Notes under the pieces: model-generated
What the model was told of the DNA's origin: nothing
Database searches by the model: none
The model's input: the letters and a program-made list of their open reading frames with translations, nothing else
Position numbers and translations under genes: made by a program
In this document: one piece after another, positions 30,218-40,187 of the stretch
Position numbering within the stretch: position 1 is the first letter of the stretch
How the letters are laid out: each line of letters starts with the position of its first letter
Assembly: GCA_963843145.1 (NCBI GenBank)
Contig: CAWJJC010000015.1
Coordinates: 18,082 to 82,081 of the forward strand
Direction: 5' to 3'
DNA length: 64,000 nucleotides
Origin: an uncultured delta proteobacterium
GTDB taxonomy: Bacteria; Desulfobacterota; RBG-13-43-22

Positions 30218-33214
30218 TTAGTTAAACAGCAGGGGGAGCCATATATTGGGATTCCAGACCACTGTAGCTGAACTGAAGAATTGAACCCCCGCCGCTACGC
30301 CGGTGGCTACAATCCTGTCCGTTCCCGGTGTCCCGTCATTCGAGTAGGTGAACGCCGCCCGGCCGTTGCTGTCGGTCGTGCCGGAACCGCCCTGGTCGCT
30401 GTTGGGGCCGGAGAGAATGTTGAAAAAGACCGGCACGTTCGCCAGCGGAGCACCGTCGGAGGTGATCGTCGCCGTGACCGTGTGGGGGCCGCTGGATTTG
30501 TTCGAACTCTCCTCGGGTGAAAGCGTGCTGATCAAGGTCCCCGCCGGGGGGGGACCGCTGGTCACCGTAACGCACCGAGAAAACTCCGAGGTACTCCCCT
30601 GGGGATCCGTAGCCGTGGCCGTGATGACCTGACCCGGGGAGACGGTGTCAAGCAGGGTCGCGCTGAAAGCCCCGGAGCCTGCGACGTCAGTCACTACAAG
30701 GGCTTCGCCCAGGAAAGTCCGGCCCTCGCCGAAACCCGAAGGGCTGCAAGACGAATTGGAGAAGAACTCCAACCGGAACTCGGTGTCCGGGGTGCTGTTG
30801 ATCATGCCGGCGATGGCGATGCTGTTCACAATCGTGGCGCTCGCCAGATCGGGATAGTTCTGGCCGGAATTGGCCCGCACGTCGGCGTCCAGGGGATCAT
30901 TGGTGTCTACACCCGTCGGAGGAGAGAGGTCGATGGCCGCGGTGCTGCCATTTTCAAAGATGCTGTTACGGGAAATCGTATTTCCCGTGCCCGTACCACT
31001 GATGAACACCCCTCGCAACGCGTTAAACGCGATGACATTGTTTTCAACCCTGTTCTGATCGGCGCTGGAGAGCAAGATCCCCGTATCCCCGTTTCCCCGG
31101 TTCAGGGTCCCGGTCAAATCCGTGCCGATCAGGTTATTCCAGACGAGATTTCTTCTCGCCCCCGGCCCCAGGGCCACCCCGGCCACGGTGTTGCCCGAGA
31201 TGACATTCCGATCCCCAGGATCAGGACCACCGATCCGATCATCCTCGCCAAATACGCCGATCCCCAGCCGATTGGGTATGACCGCGCTGCCCGGCGTAAG
31301 GCCGATCAGGTTCCCGGAGATCCAGTTCCCGTTTCCGGTCACCTGAATCGCGCCAATATTCGCGGAAGGCTGATGGTTCAGAAAGGCCAGGCCTTGAACA
31401 GTAATGTTATCCCCTGATAAATTTAACATCGGGGACTCAAGCCCGGCGCCATCCAAGCCGATTTTGACCACGCCGTTGAAGCCGGTCGATGCGGTGTTGG
31501 GGGCGGCCCCCGGCTGGGTAAAGCCGGCGATCACCGCAGGCTGGGTGATGGTCACCACACCTGCGAGGTCAATAACATGAGACTGGGAGCCGGGGATGTC
31601 AAAGAAGATCCGGTTCTCTACCGCAGGATTTTCGGTGCCGTTGGAGTCTAAAACAGCCTGGGCAAAGCTGCCTGGGCCGGTCGGGTTGGTATTGTTGACA
31701 CCGAACTCCTGGCCGGCTCGCGCCAAGACGGGGGAAAACTCCGAGGTATCCGGGATCGTTCCGGCGCGGGTGGCTGTGGAGCTGATCCAGTGCCCCTGGG
31801 AGGCGGGCAGGGCCGCTTCAAAAACCGCCTCGCCCTTCCCGTCGGTCGTTACGTCGATGGTCCCGAGATAAAACTGGCCCTCCCCGTAGCCGCTCGGGTC
31901 CCGGACCTCGTTTCCGTAAAAATCGATATGAAACGGGGTATTGGGCACGCTCTGGAGCCCCCCCTTGACCTTGAGGCCTGTACCGCTCGCCTCAACGCTG
32001 GAGAGGATCGGGAAGTTCTGGAGCCGGTTCGGGCCTTTGTCCTGGTCAGGGGCCGGGTCGTTTTTTGTTACCCCATCTGCTCCAAGGTCAATTCCGAGGC
32101 CTCCGTTTTTGAAGATGCGGTTTCCCCGAATCGAATTTCCGATGGATTCGAGGATCGAAAGGATCACACCTGATTCCAAATCATAACCACTCGATTTGGT
32201 AACGTTAATACCACTACCACCATTATTCGCGATGATGTTTCCTGCTCCCGGTGTCGTCTGGCCGACAACAGAGTTTGTCTCCCCCTCGAATATTATACCG
32301 GGTCCGCCATTCCCCAAGGCACCGGTGCCAGACACATCCGTACCGATGAAGTTGCCGGTGATCACTCCCTCCGTTCCAATTTGTGACCTGATACCTTCAT
32401 ACTCATTTCCCGAGATCACATTTCGTTGTTCGGGACTCGTTCCGCCGATTGATGTCCCAGTAGCCCTAAATATGGTAATCCCTACGCCATTTGCCAACTT
32501 GGCACTGCCTGTCTTGTCGGTTCCAATGAAATTCCCCTCGATCTTGGTCCGATTAGCGTTAGAAATTGTAATTCCCGTTCTGGTATTTCCAGAAATAACG
32601 TTCCGTGATATCGGGTCCGCTCCTCCAATAATGTTGGACGAAGAATTCTCCTGGATTTCAATGCCATATCTATTGCCCATGTCCGCGGAGCCGGAAGCAG
32701 GAATGCCGATGAAATTGCCGGAGATCACATCTCGGCCGGCACCCGCCAGAATAATTCCGATAAAACTAAATCCGTAGATCGCTAATCCCTTCACTTTGCT
32801 ATCTGCCGCAACGATATTTAAACCACTCGCAAGCCTACCTGCCAGGGAACCGTCCAATTCGATCTGCAATACCGCATTGTTGCCGGTGACCTCGGTGTTG
32901 GGGCTGGCCCCGGGCTGGGTGTAGCCGTCGATGGTTACCGGGGAAGTGATGGTTGGCAACGGACTTAAGGGCTTGATCGCATGGGGGCCTGCACCGGGTA
33001 TATTAAAGGCAATGGTGTCCGCATTCGTCACGGTCAGATTCGCCTGTTCAATGGCGTCCCTCAGTGACCCCGCCCCGGCATCGTTGGTATTGATTACGGT
33101 GAAGGTTTCAGCGTGGGCCGTCAGCGTTGCCGCGACCAGGCCCAGGCCCAGCAGCAACCCCTGCACGATTCTTTTCCCCAAACTTCCTCTCATTCTGAAG
33201 ACTTTGGTGTTCAT
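30218..33214 (-). CDS. Large secreted parallel beta-helix protein with duplicated module and C-terminal Ig-like (Big_1) domain; tail IWLPLLFN
   Basis: Signal peptide ..AHA, TFTVINTNDAGAGSLRDAI, two TSEFS-ending modules, TTDSNGRAAFTY. Confidence 0.87.
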   Translation of the reverse strand: MNTKVFRMRGSLGKRIVQGLLLGLGLVAATLTAHAETFTVINTNDAGAGSLRDAIEQANLTVTNADTIAFNIPGAGPHAIKPLSPLPTITSPVTIDGYTQPGASPNTEVTGNNAVLQIELDGSLAGRLASGLNIVAADSKVKGLAIYGFSFIGIILAGAGRDVISGNFIGIPASGSADMGNRYGIEIQENSSSNIIGGADPISRNVISGNTRTGITISNANRTKIEGNFIGTDKTGSAKLANGVGITIFRATGTSIGGTSPEQRNVISGNEYEGIRSQIGTEGVITGNFIGTDVSGTGALGNGGPGIIFEGETNSVVGQTTPGAGNIIANNGGSGINVTKSSGYDLESGVILSILESIGNSIRGNRIFKNGGLGIDLGADGVTKNDPAPDQDKGPNRLQNFPILSSVEASGTGLKVKGGLQSVPNTPFHIDFYGNEVRDPSGYGEGQFYLGTIDVTTDGKGEAVFEAALPASQGHWISSTATRAGTIPDTSEFSPVLARAGQEFGVNNTNPTGPGSFAQAVLDSNGTENPAVENRIFFDIPGSQSHVIDLAGVVTITQPAVIAGFTQPGAAPNTASTGFNGVVKIGLDGAGLESPMLNLSGDNITVQGLAFLNHQPSANIGAIQVTGNGNWISGNLIGLTPGSAVIPNRLGIGVFGEDDRIGGPDPGDRNVISGNTVAGVALGPGARRNLVWNNLIGTDLTGTLNRGNGDTGILLSSADQNRVENNVIAFNALRGVFISGTGTGNTISRNSIFENGSTAAIDLSPPTGVDTNDPLDADVRANSGQNYPDLASATIVNSIAIAGMINSTPDTEFRLEFFSNSSCSPSGFGEGRTFLGEALVVTDVAGSGAFSATLLDTVSPGQVITATATDPQGSTSEFSRCVTVTSGPPPAGTLISTLSPEESSNKSSGPHTVTATITSDGAPLANVPVFFNILSGPNSDQGGSGTTDSNGRAAFTYSNDGTPGTDRIVATGVAAGVQFFSSATVVWNPNIWLPLLFN

Positions 33215-33518
33215 CCGGGCACCCTCACTCTTTGAATAAATCCTATGTTCCGAAGTGGATTGATTGCCGCCAATTTCAGGACAAGCGTAACTAATTGTAC
33301 TTGTACGCTCATCCCCCCTTTTTAAAAAATATAAGTATTCTTTTTTAAGTTGGCCAGCAAAATCCACTTTTTTAGGGGCAGTTTCGCCCTTATATACGGA
33401 ACGCCTCCTAATATTAGGTTGTTTTTAGTGCCCCCCAAGTTGAATATAAGGGAATTTTAACAAGAAAATACAGGGTATCCCTTATTTTGATTAAGGGAAA
33501 AACTCTTATATTCTAATC

Positions 33519-33610
33519 TAGGGACGGTGAATCCTCGAGACCAGGGTGCCATCCCCTTGCGCTTTATGACCCAAACGGGAGGAGTGTTCCTTCCCTTGAT
33601 TTCTCGCTGA
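33519..33610 (+). pseudogene. 3' remnant of the 39404-40015 gene (tail VFLPLISR)
   Basis: Near-identical to 39921-40015; the 5' part is deleted directly after the shared promoter region. Confidence 0.8.
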
Positions 33611-33834
33611 TCGTTAAATGACCTCAATTGCCGGTAACTTCTACGGAGGAAGACCCTTGGGTTGGCAGGTTGGACCAACCGTAATCGGCGGTATTAATAT
33701 CTAGTGGAAATTATTAACCCTTAAGGGCAAAACAACATTAGCAGGTTCAATTAAGCCTAACGTAAATTTCGGTTTTGCTCGGTAATCGGAATTTGGGCTA
33801 GTGTACTCGCTATAAACCTTTACCAGGGCTTCGG

Positions 33835-35082
33835 ATGGACAAAATCAAGCGACAGGGAATGGTATTGGTCCGAAACGCCGAACTGCGCAGGCAAGCCGAG
33901 GAGATCGCCCGGGATAAAGCGGCCCAGTCGTCGGAAGTCCTGGAGGCTCTATCGCCCGAAGAAACGTGGCAGATGCTCCATGAACTGCGGGTGCACCAGA
34001 TCGAGCTGAAGATGCAAAATGAGGAACTGCGTCGGGCTCAGCAGGAACTTGAGACGTCCAGGACCAGATACTTTGACCTTTATGATCTGGCGCCGGTCGG
34101 CTATCTGACCTTAAGCGAAAAAGGGCTTATCCTAGAGGCCAATCTCACCGCAGCAGGTCTGTTGGGCCGGGAAAGAGGCGCGCTGGTCAAGCAGCCGTTT
34201 ACCCGGTTTATTCTCAAGGAGGACCAGGACCTCTTCTATCGGTACCGCAAACAGCTTCTTGGAACGGGCGCTCAGCAAACCTACCAACTGCGAATGGTGA
34301 AAAAGGACAAAACAGTATTCTGGGTGCGTATAGAGGCGGCCACTGTTCAGGACCCTAAGGGTCCGCTCGTATTCCGCGTAGTGATAAGCGATATCACCGA
34401 GCTTAAGAGGATCGAGGAGAAATTGCGGGAGGGCGAGGCGTGTTACCGACGACAGGTCCTCGCCGCCCAGGAGAATGAAAGAAAACGGATCGCCCTGGAA
34501 ATTCATGATAGTTTGGGGTCCAACCTGGCTGCCATTAAATTCAAGGTGGAAGAGGCCTTACTTCGTTTTCCTAAAGACGATATTTCTAAATCCCTGGAGG
34601 CCCTCACTCCCCTCATCAAGTATTCGATTGCCGAAGCCCGCAGAATTCAGATCGATTTGCGCCCCCCTCTTTTGGACGATCTGGGTATTGTGGTCACCCT
34701 TTCCTGGTTATGCCGGACCTTTGAAACGATTTACTCCGGCATCAAGGCTGAACTAGCGGTTAGCATCCTGGAAAAGGATGTGCCGGATCAAATTAAGATC
34801 GCCCTTTTCAGGACCGCCCAAGAGGCCATGAATAATATCGGAAAACATGCCAAGGCCAAAGCGATGCATCTCGTGCTGCGAAAAGTCGACGACACCATAG
34901 AACTGTGTATTAGAGATAATGGAGAAGGATTTGATCCGAAAAGTCTGTCCTCAAGTGAGAATTCAAAAAAAGGCCTTGGGCTTACCAGCATGAAAGAGCG
35001 GGTTGAATTCTCAGGTGGTTCTTTTTCTATTGAGTCCGCCATAGGAAAAGGGACGGTTATCCGGGCCGATTGGCCCGTCTGA
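33835..35082 (+). CDS. PAS sensor histidine kinase (HisKA_3/NarX-UhpB type)
   Basis: ERKRIALEIHD, EAMNNIGKHA, DNGEGF, GLGLTSMKERV. Confidence 0.92.
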   Translation: MDKIKRQGMVLVRNAELRRQAEEIARDKAAQSSEVLEALSPEETWQMLHELRVHQIELKMQNEELRRAQQELETSRTRYFDLYDLAPVGYLTLSEKGLILEANLTAAGLLGRERGALVKQPFTRFILKEDQDLFYRYRKQLLGTGAQQTYQLRMVKKDKTVFWVRIEAATVQDPKGPLVFRVVISDITELKRIEEKLREGEACYRRQVLAAQENERKRIALEIHDSLGSNLAAIKFKVEEALLRFPKDDISKSLEALTPLIKYSIAEARRIQIDLRPPLLDDLGIVVTLSWLCRTFETIYSGIKAELAVSILEKDVPDQIKIALFRTAQEAMNNIGKHAKAKAMHLVLRKVDDTIELCIRDNGEGFDPKSLSSSENSKKGLGLTSMKERVEFSGGSFSIESAIGKGTVIRADWPV

Positions 35083-35472
35083 TTATGAAGGCCTGGGCGG
35101 GCCGAGGGCCTTGTGGCAGAGTATTTACAAATGATAACCAACGAAAAGGCATTTCAAATTTGTTGACGTTATGATAAAAAATGGGTTGGGAAAATTATTA
35201 ACGGTCTCAAAATAATATTGACAGGATTCCTTGAAGCCGCCAGTCACAACCAAAGACAAAAGACGATCTCTCGCAAGAGCAACTTGGTCTTTCTCTGCGC
35301 CCTCGGCGAACTCGAGCGAAGCGGGCGAGAGACAAAAAGAAAACACCCCTGTAACTACAATTATGAGACCGTTAATAAAATAGATTTTTTGAGTTTCTTG
35401 GGAAACGTTTTTATCGAGGGAAGGTCAATGGAAGAATACTATTCTCCCTTTCTCAAATGAGAGACTTACAAG

Positions 35473-37275
35473 ATGAGAGATAATGAAAAGACCAAAGCCC
35501 AACTGATCGAGGATTTGAATGGTCTGCGCTTGAGAGTTACTGAACTGGAAAAGTTTGAAATCGAGCACAAGCAGACCGAAGGAGCTATTAAGAATTTAGC
35601 GAAGTTTCCCTCCGAAAACCCTAATCCTGTACTACGTTTGAGTCAAGAGGGTATTATCCTGTTTGCTAACGAGGCCAGTAAGGCCCTGCTCCGAGATTGG
35701 CAGTGTGAGGTGGGCGGCTATGCTCCTGCATTTTGGCACAATTTAGTTATTGAGGCCTTCAAAGATCAATCTCCGAAAACCGTTGATGTCCAATTTGGTG
35801 ATAAGTTTTATATGTTTGATATCGCCCCTGTCCCCCATACTAACTATGCCAACCTTTACGGTCGTGACAACACCGAACGCCAACGAGCGGAAGTTGAAAA
35901 TAGGCGCAACGAGGCACGGCTGGAAAGCTTGCTGAAGATATCCCAGTATCGCGCCGACTCGACTCAAGAGCTTCTGGATTTCGCCCTTGAAGAAGCCATT
36001 GCCCTCACAAACAGCAAGATCGGCTATGTTTACTTCTATGACGAGACCAAGAAAGAGTTTATTCTCAACACCTGGTCCAAAGAGGTCATGAATCAGTGCA
36101 CCATTGCCGAGCCACAAACTCTCTATCACCTCGATAAAACCGGGATCTGGGGAGAGGCCGTGCGGCAGGGTAGACCGATTATTCTCAATGATTTCCAGGC
36201 AACCCATCCATTAAAAAAGGGATACCCTGACGGCCATGCGCCCCTCTACAAGTATTTGACCGTTCCCGTCTTTTCCGATGACCGCATCGTGGGAGTTGTC
36301 GGCGTGGCCAATAAAGAAACGGACTATAACCCCTCCGATGTGCGCCAGCTCACCCTGCTCATGGACTCGGTCTGGAAAATCTTCGAACGCAAGCGGACCG
36401 AGGAGGCACTGCGAGAAAGTGAGCAGCGCTACCGCAGTTTATTTGAATCGATGGACGAGGGATTCGCCCTTTGTGAGATGGTCTATGACGTAGTCGAGGG
36501 CAAGCCCATAGACTTCCGTTACCTGGTCGTCAACCCCGCCTTCGGCAAGCTGACCGGCCTACCGGTCGACCAAGTCGTAGGACGAACGGTGAAGGAAGTG
36601 ATCCCGGGAATTGAGTCTTTCTGGATTGAGTCTTTCGACTGCGTGGTGCAGAGCGGTCGGGATGAAAGGTTTTCCAACCCCGTGGCGGAACTGGGAAAGG
36701 AATATGAAGCCTACGCCTGGCGCTCGGATGTCGGGCGGTTCGCGGTTGTCTTCAGCGACGTAACGGAGCGCAAAAGGGCCGAGGAAGCTCTCAAGGCATT
36801 GTCTCTTAAAGATGAACTGACCGGCCTGTATAACCGCCGGGGTTTCTTTACTTTGGCCGAACAGGGCTTGAAGGCGGCCCAACGGATGGGAATAGAAATG
36901 CTGGCCATTTTCGGAGACTTGGATAATCTGAAATATATTAATGATACCTTCGGCCATAAAGAAGGCGACCAAGCCTTGGTAGAAACATCACAGATACTTA
37001 AAGAAACCTTTCGGGAATCGGATATCATCGCCCGCATAGGAGGGGATGAATTCGTCATTCTGGCCATGAACAGCTTTAAGACCTCGGCCGAGAAACTGAT
37101 CAACCGGATCGAGCAGGCCTTGAATGACCATCCTCTCCAAAAAAAAGGCCCCTATAAAATCTCTCTAAGCTTAGGTATTGCCTGTTTTGATCCCCAAAAC
37201 CCTTGCTCCTTAGATGTCCTCCTGGCCGAGGCCGATAAGATGATGTATCAGAATAAACAAAAGAAGAATAGATAG
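35473..37275 (+). CDS. Diguanylate cyclase (PAS-GAF-PAS-GGDEF)
   Basis: DELTGLYNRR, RESD I-site, GGDEF. Confidence 0.93.
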   Translation: MRDNEKTKAQLIEDLNGLRLRVTELEKFEIEHKQTEGAIKNLAKFPSENPNPVLRLSQEGIILFANEASKALLRDWQCEVGGYAPAFWHNLVIEAFKDQSPKTVDVQFGDKFYMFDIAPVPHTNYANLYGRDNTERQRAEVENRRNEARLESLLKISQYRADSTQELLDFALEEAIALTNSKIGYVYFYDETKKEFILNTWSKEVMNQCTIAEPQTLYHLDKTGIWGEAVRQGRPIILNDFQATHPLKKGYPDGHAPLYKYLTVPVFSDDRIVGVVGVANKETDYNPSDVRQLTLLMDSVWKIFERKRTEEALRESEQRYRSLFESMDEGFALCEMVYDVVEGKPIDFRYLVVNPAFGKLTGLPVDQVVGRTVKEVIPGIESFWIESFDCVVQSGRDERFSNPVAELGKEYEAYAWRSDVGRFAVVFSDVTERKRAEEALKALSLKDELTGLYNRRGFFTLAEQGLKAAQRMGIEMLAIFGDLDNLKYINDTFGHKEGDQALVETSQILKETFRESDIIARIGGDEFVILAMNSFKTSAEKLINRIEQALNDHPLQKKGPYKISLSLGIACFDPQNPCSLDVLLAEADKMMYQNKQKKNR

Positions 37276-37318
37276 GGTCAGGATTTATGCCCTGTTTTTT
37301 CATTTATCCCAATAATAT

Positions 37319-38387
37319 AACGTTGGTTCTAGATTGCATATTTCTGAAGGCAGAGGTCAGGCATTTCCGGAGAGTTTGCCAACCGGGTAACGGATGAGGT
37401 CGTTGTTCCTAAGTAGCGCGCTACTTCCGCCCCTGAATATCCCCATCTCTTGACCGCCAGTTGACAGAAAAGTCTTCGGGTCTTTACTACCTTGGCGGCA
37501 CGGCTTCCGGACCGAACCAAATCCCAATCGGTTCCTTCCGACCGGGAAACCCGGGAGGCCAGTGTCCCCAGTTCAACCTTCCGAGCTTTGAGCCGGAGAG
37601 TTTCCTCTAACCGTTTCTCCGCCTGGGACATGACCTCCTCAATGAACTCGCCGCTCCCCAAAATCCGCTCATCCGAGGCCATCCGCAGTTCATGCCGCCG
37701 CAGAGACAGCACTTGCGACCAACCTCCGGCGCTGCGGATCAAACCCCCGCCAACTAAGTCAGGCCGCCGACCCATCGGGATCCCGTCGGCCACAAATCCC
37801 TCATATTCCGCTCGCGCCTTCCGCAATTTCGGACTAAAAATGGAAAGGATCGATTCGGTCTCCTGCCAGTCCCGCCCTACTTTCCCCATCAAAACCGAAT
37901 GCCCGCTCCAAGGGTATTCCTTTAATTTAGGCAAATCAGCCACCACTCCCCCCCGCAGAGGATTGAGATGAATGTAGCGCGTTAACTCCAAAAGGTAGGC
38001 CTCTTCTTCGCACACGATGGATTTATAGCGATTCTGGAAAAGGTGACCAAACCGTTTATGCCGTCGGTTGAAGTTTACTACATACCCGGTCATCAATTTT
38101 CTCATATTCGTGGAGAGAGGCTGAAGACCGGTACGTACCAATAAATGCATATGATTGGGCATCAGCGCCCAGGCATAGACCACCCACGCCCCGGCGCGAG
38201 CCCTTTCCTCCAGACGGAACAGGAAATCCTCCCGGTCTTTATGATTTCGAAAGATTTTGGTTCTTTCTATCCCTCGGGCCATGACATGGTGCAGAACCCC
38301 CGGTGCGTCTAATCGAGCTTGTCTGGGCATATTCAGAATTTATTACACTTCCCCTACTCTGTCAATGCAATTTAGAACCAACGTCCC
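37319..38387 (-). mobile_element. Y1/RAYT-like element copy 1 with ~20-bp terminal inverted repeats
   Basis: aacgttggttctagattgca (37319-37338) and tgcaatttagaaccaacgtccc (38366-38387) flank the transposase. Confidence 0.8.
37329..38330 (-). CDS. HUH Y1 transposase (REP-associated tyrosine transposase type) with DnaA_C-like HTH
   Basis: MPRQAR, HHVMARG, MPNHMHLL (HUH), GHLFQNRYKS, YIHLNP. Confidence 0.92.
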   Translation of the reverse strand: MPRQARLDAPGVLHHVMARGIERTKIFRNHKDREDFLFRLEERARAGAWVVYAWALMPNHMHLLVRTGLQPLSTNMRKLMTGYVVNFNRRHKRFGHLFQNRYKSIVCEEEAYLLELTRYIHLNPLRGGVVADLPKLKEYPWSGHSVLMGKVGRDWQETESILSIFSPKLRKARAEYEGFVADGIPMGRRPDLVGGGLIRSAGGWSQVLSLRRHELRMASDERILGSGEFIEEVMSQAEKRLEETLRLKARKVELGTLASRVSRSEGTDWDLVRSGSRAAKVVKTRRLFCQLAVKRWGYSGAEVARYLGTTTSSVTRLANSPEMPDLCLQKYAI

Positions 38388-38392
38388 GTATT

Positions 38393-39145
38393 ATGAGTGG
38401 GGGCGCGTTGAGCAACAACCGCGCCCTGCACGGTGGCGCGCTGTACAGCCTCGGGAACGCCGCGCTGGTCATGGCCACACTGGCGGATAACCTGGCCGGC
38501 AGAGGCGGCGCCATCGAAAACAGTAACAATTCGGCCAACACGCTGACCATCAACGCCTCTACCCTCAGCGGCAACCAGGTTTCCTTCGCGATTTATCCCG
38601 CCGTCACCACCCCGCTGGGCAGCGCCATCTTCAATACGGCGCACCTGGACATCACCAACAGCACCCTCAGCGGCAACAGCGGCAGCACGGCGCTGCAAGA
38701 AGACAACAGCGTCATTACGCTTACCAACGTCACCGTGGCGCAAAACCCGAATGGCGGACTCGGCTCTGACCAGAGCCCCAATACGAGTCAGGTGCGGTTG
38801 TTCAATACCTTGCTGGCCGGCAACGGCACGTACAACTGCGGACCGATCCTGTTCGGGACGTTTACCAGCCAGAACAGCCTTTCGAGCAACAACAGTTGCC
38901 TAACTTGGGTCGGCAACCAAAACCAAAACGGCATCGATCCGCTGTTGAGCCCGCTGGGCTTTCACGGCGGCCCCACCCTGACGCACATGTTGGCCGCCGA
39001 CAGCCGGGCGGTGGACGCCGGGGCCAACTGCCCCGCGCTGGACCAGCGCGGGGGCCTGCGGCCCGTGGGTGCCGCCTGCGACATCGGCTCGGTGGAGTAT
39101 GGAGCGCTCTTGCCATTGCTTTATCTGCCATTAATCTCGAAATGA
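38393..39145 (+). pseudogene. 5'-truncated duplicate of the 28400-30104 gene (tail LYLPLISK)
   Basis: High identity to 29354-30104; begins immediately after the Y1 element end. Confidence 0.85.
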
Positions 39146-39403
39146 TTGAGCCGGATCGGTTAGATCTCCCCGTCCCTTGGCAATGAACATCAGCCGAAGA
39201 CGGCTCAGCGGCAACAAATCAATTGGTAATTGCTTTATTGCCACCTCCAACGGAACGCCCCCTAATATAGGTTGTTTTTACTGCCCCTCAAGGTGAATAT
39301 AAGGGAATTTTAACAAGAAAATACAGGATATCCCTTATTTTGATTCAGGGAAAAACTGTTATATTGTAATCCAGGGAATAAAAAATCAAAAAAGGAGAAT
39401 GCT

Positions 39404-40015
39404 ATGAAGAAAACTATGTGCCTGATCGCGAGTATTTTTTTGGGAATTGGAATTTTAGGGATTGGCTCCTACCCGAGCTTGGCCGCAGCACCCTCCTTGG
39501 CTTCCAGTGGAGACGAGGTGCCACCTGCCAAACCCATTGGTGCATCGAAATCGCTGGCCGCCTTGCCGGCACCTACCCCCGGGGAAACCTTGGTCTATTT
39601 TTTTCCATCGGACAATGATGCCACAGCTACTGTCATGTACATGTTAAATACCGATTCTGTTCCCCATACGGTCGCTTTGAGGGGGTATAGCCAAAACGGG
39701 GTTACGGTTTATTCCCTAAATATCGATATCGGCGCTACCAGCATGTTACGTCTGATCAGCGATTTGGTAGCGGCTAGTCCTCCACCCAGTTGGGCAGCCG
39801 ACTCTAATTTAGGCACTCTTGCTCCGATCATAACCAATTTTACCGATTTTACCTATTTTGCCAGTCTATCTCTGCCGAAAGGGGTATTGGTGGACGGATA
39901 TGTTATCTTTAACCCCGGTACAGGGACGGTGGATCCTCGGAAGGACCAGGGAGCAATCCCTTTGCGTTTTATGACCCAAACGGGTGGAGTGTTCCTTCCC
40001 TTGATTTCTCGCTGA
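39404..40015 (+). CDS. Secreted hypothetical protein; tail VFLPLISR
   Basis: AAGGAG RBS, signal peptide, Pro-rich linker. Confidence 0.8.
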   Translation: MKKTMCLIASIFLGIGILGIGSYPSLAAAPSLASSGDEVPPAKPIGASKSLAALPAPTPGETLVYFFPSDNDATATVMYMLNTDSVPHTVALRGYSQNGVTVYSLNIDIGATSMLRLISDLVAASPPPSWAADSNLGTLAPIITNFTDFTYFASLSLPKGVLVDGYVIFNPGTGTVDPRKDQGAIPLRFMTQTGGVFLPLISR

Positions 40016-40080
40016 TCGTTGAATAACCTCAATTGCTGGTAACTTCTACGGAGGAAGACCATTAGGTTGGGAGGTTGGTT

Positions 40081-40187
40081 CAAATTAAGATCGCCCTTTT
40101 CGGGACCGCCCAAGAGGCCATGAATAATATCGGAAAACATGCCAAGGCCGAAGCGATGCATCTCGTGCTGCGAATTGAGTCCGCCAG
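40081..40187 (+). pseudogene. Collapsed remnant of the 33835-35082 kinase
   Basis: 40081-40172 matches ~34789-34880, followed by attgagtccgcca from ~35029-35041. Confidence 0.75.

Noticed and set aside
37329-38330. IS200/IS605 element with TnpB/IscB RNA-guided nuclease
   Set aside because: No tnpB/iscB gene; the protein is the longer RAYT-type with a C-terminal HTH.
28400-39145. Diversity-generating retroelement template/variable repeat pair
   Set aside because: No reverse transcriptase is present, differences are not adenine-specific, and the duplication extends over several genes.
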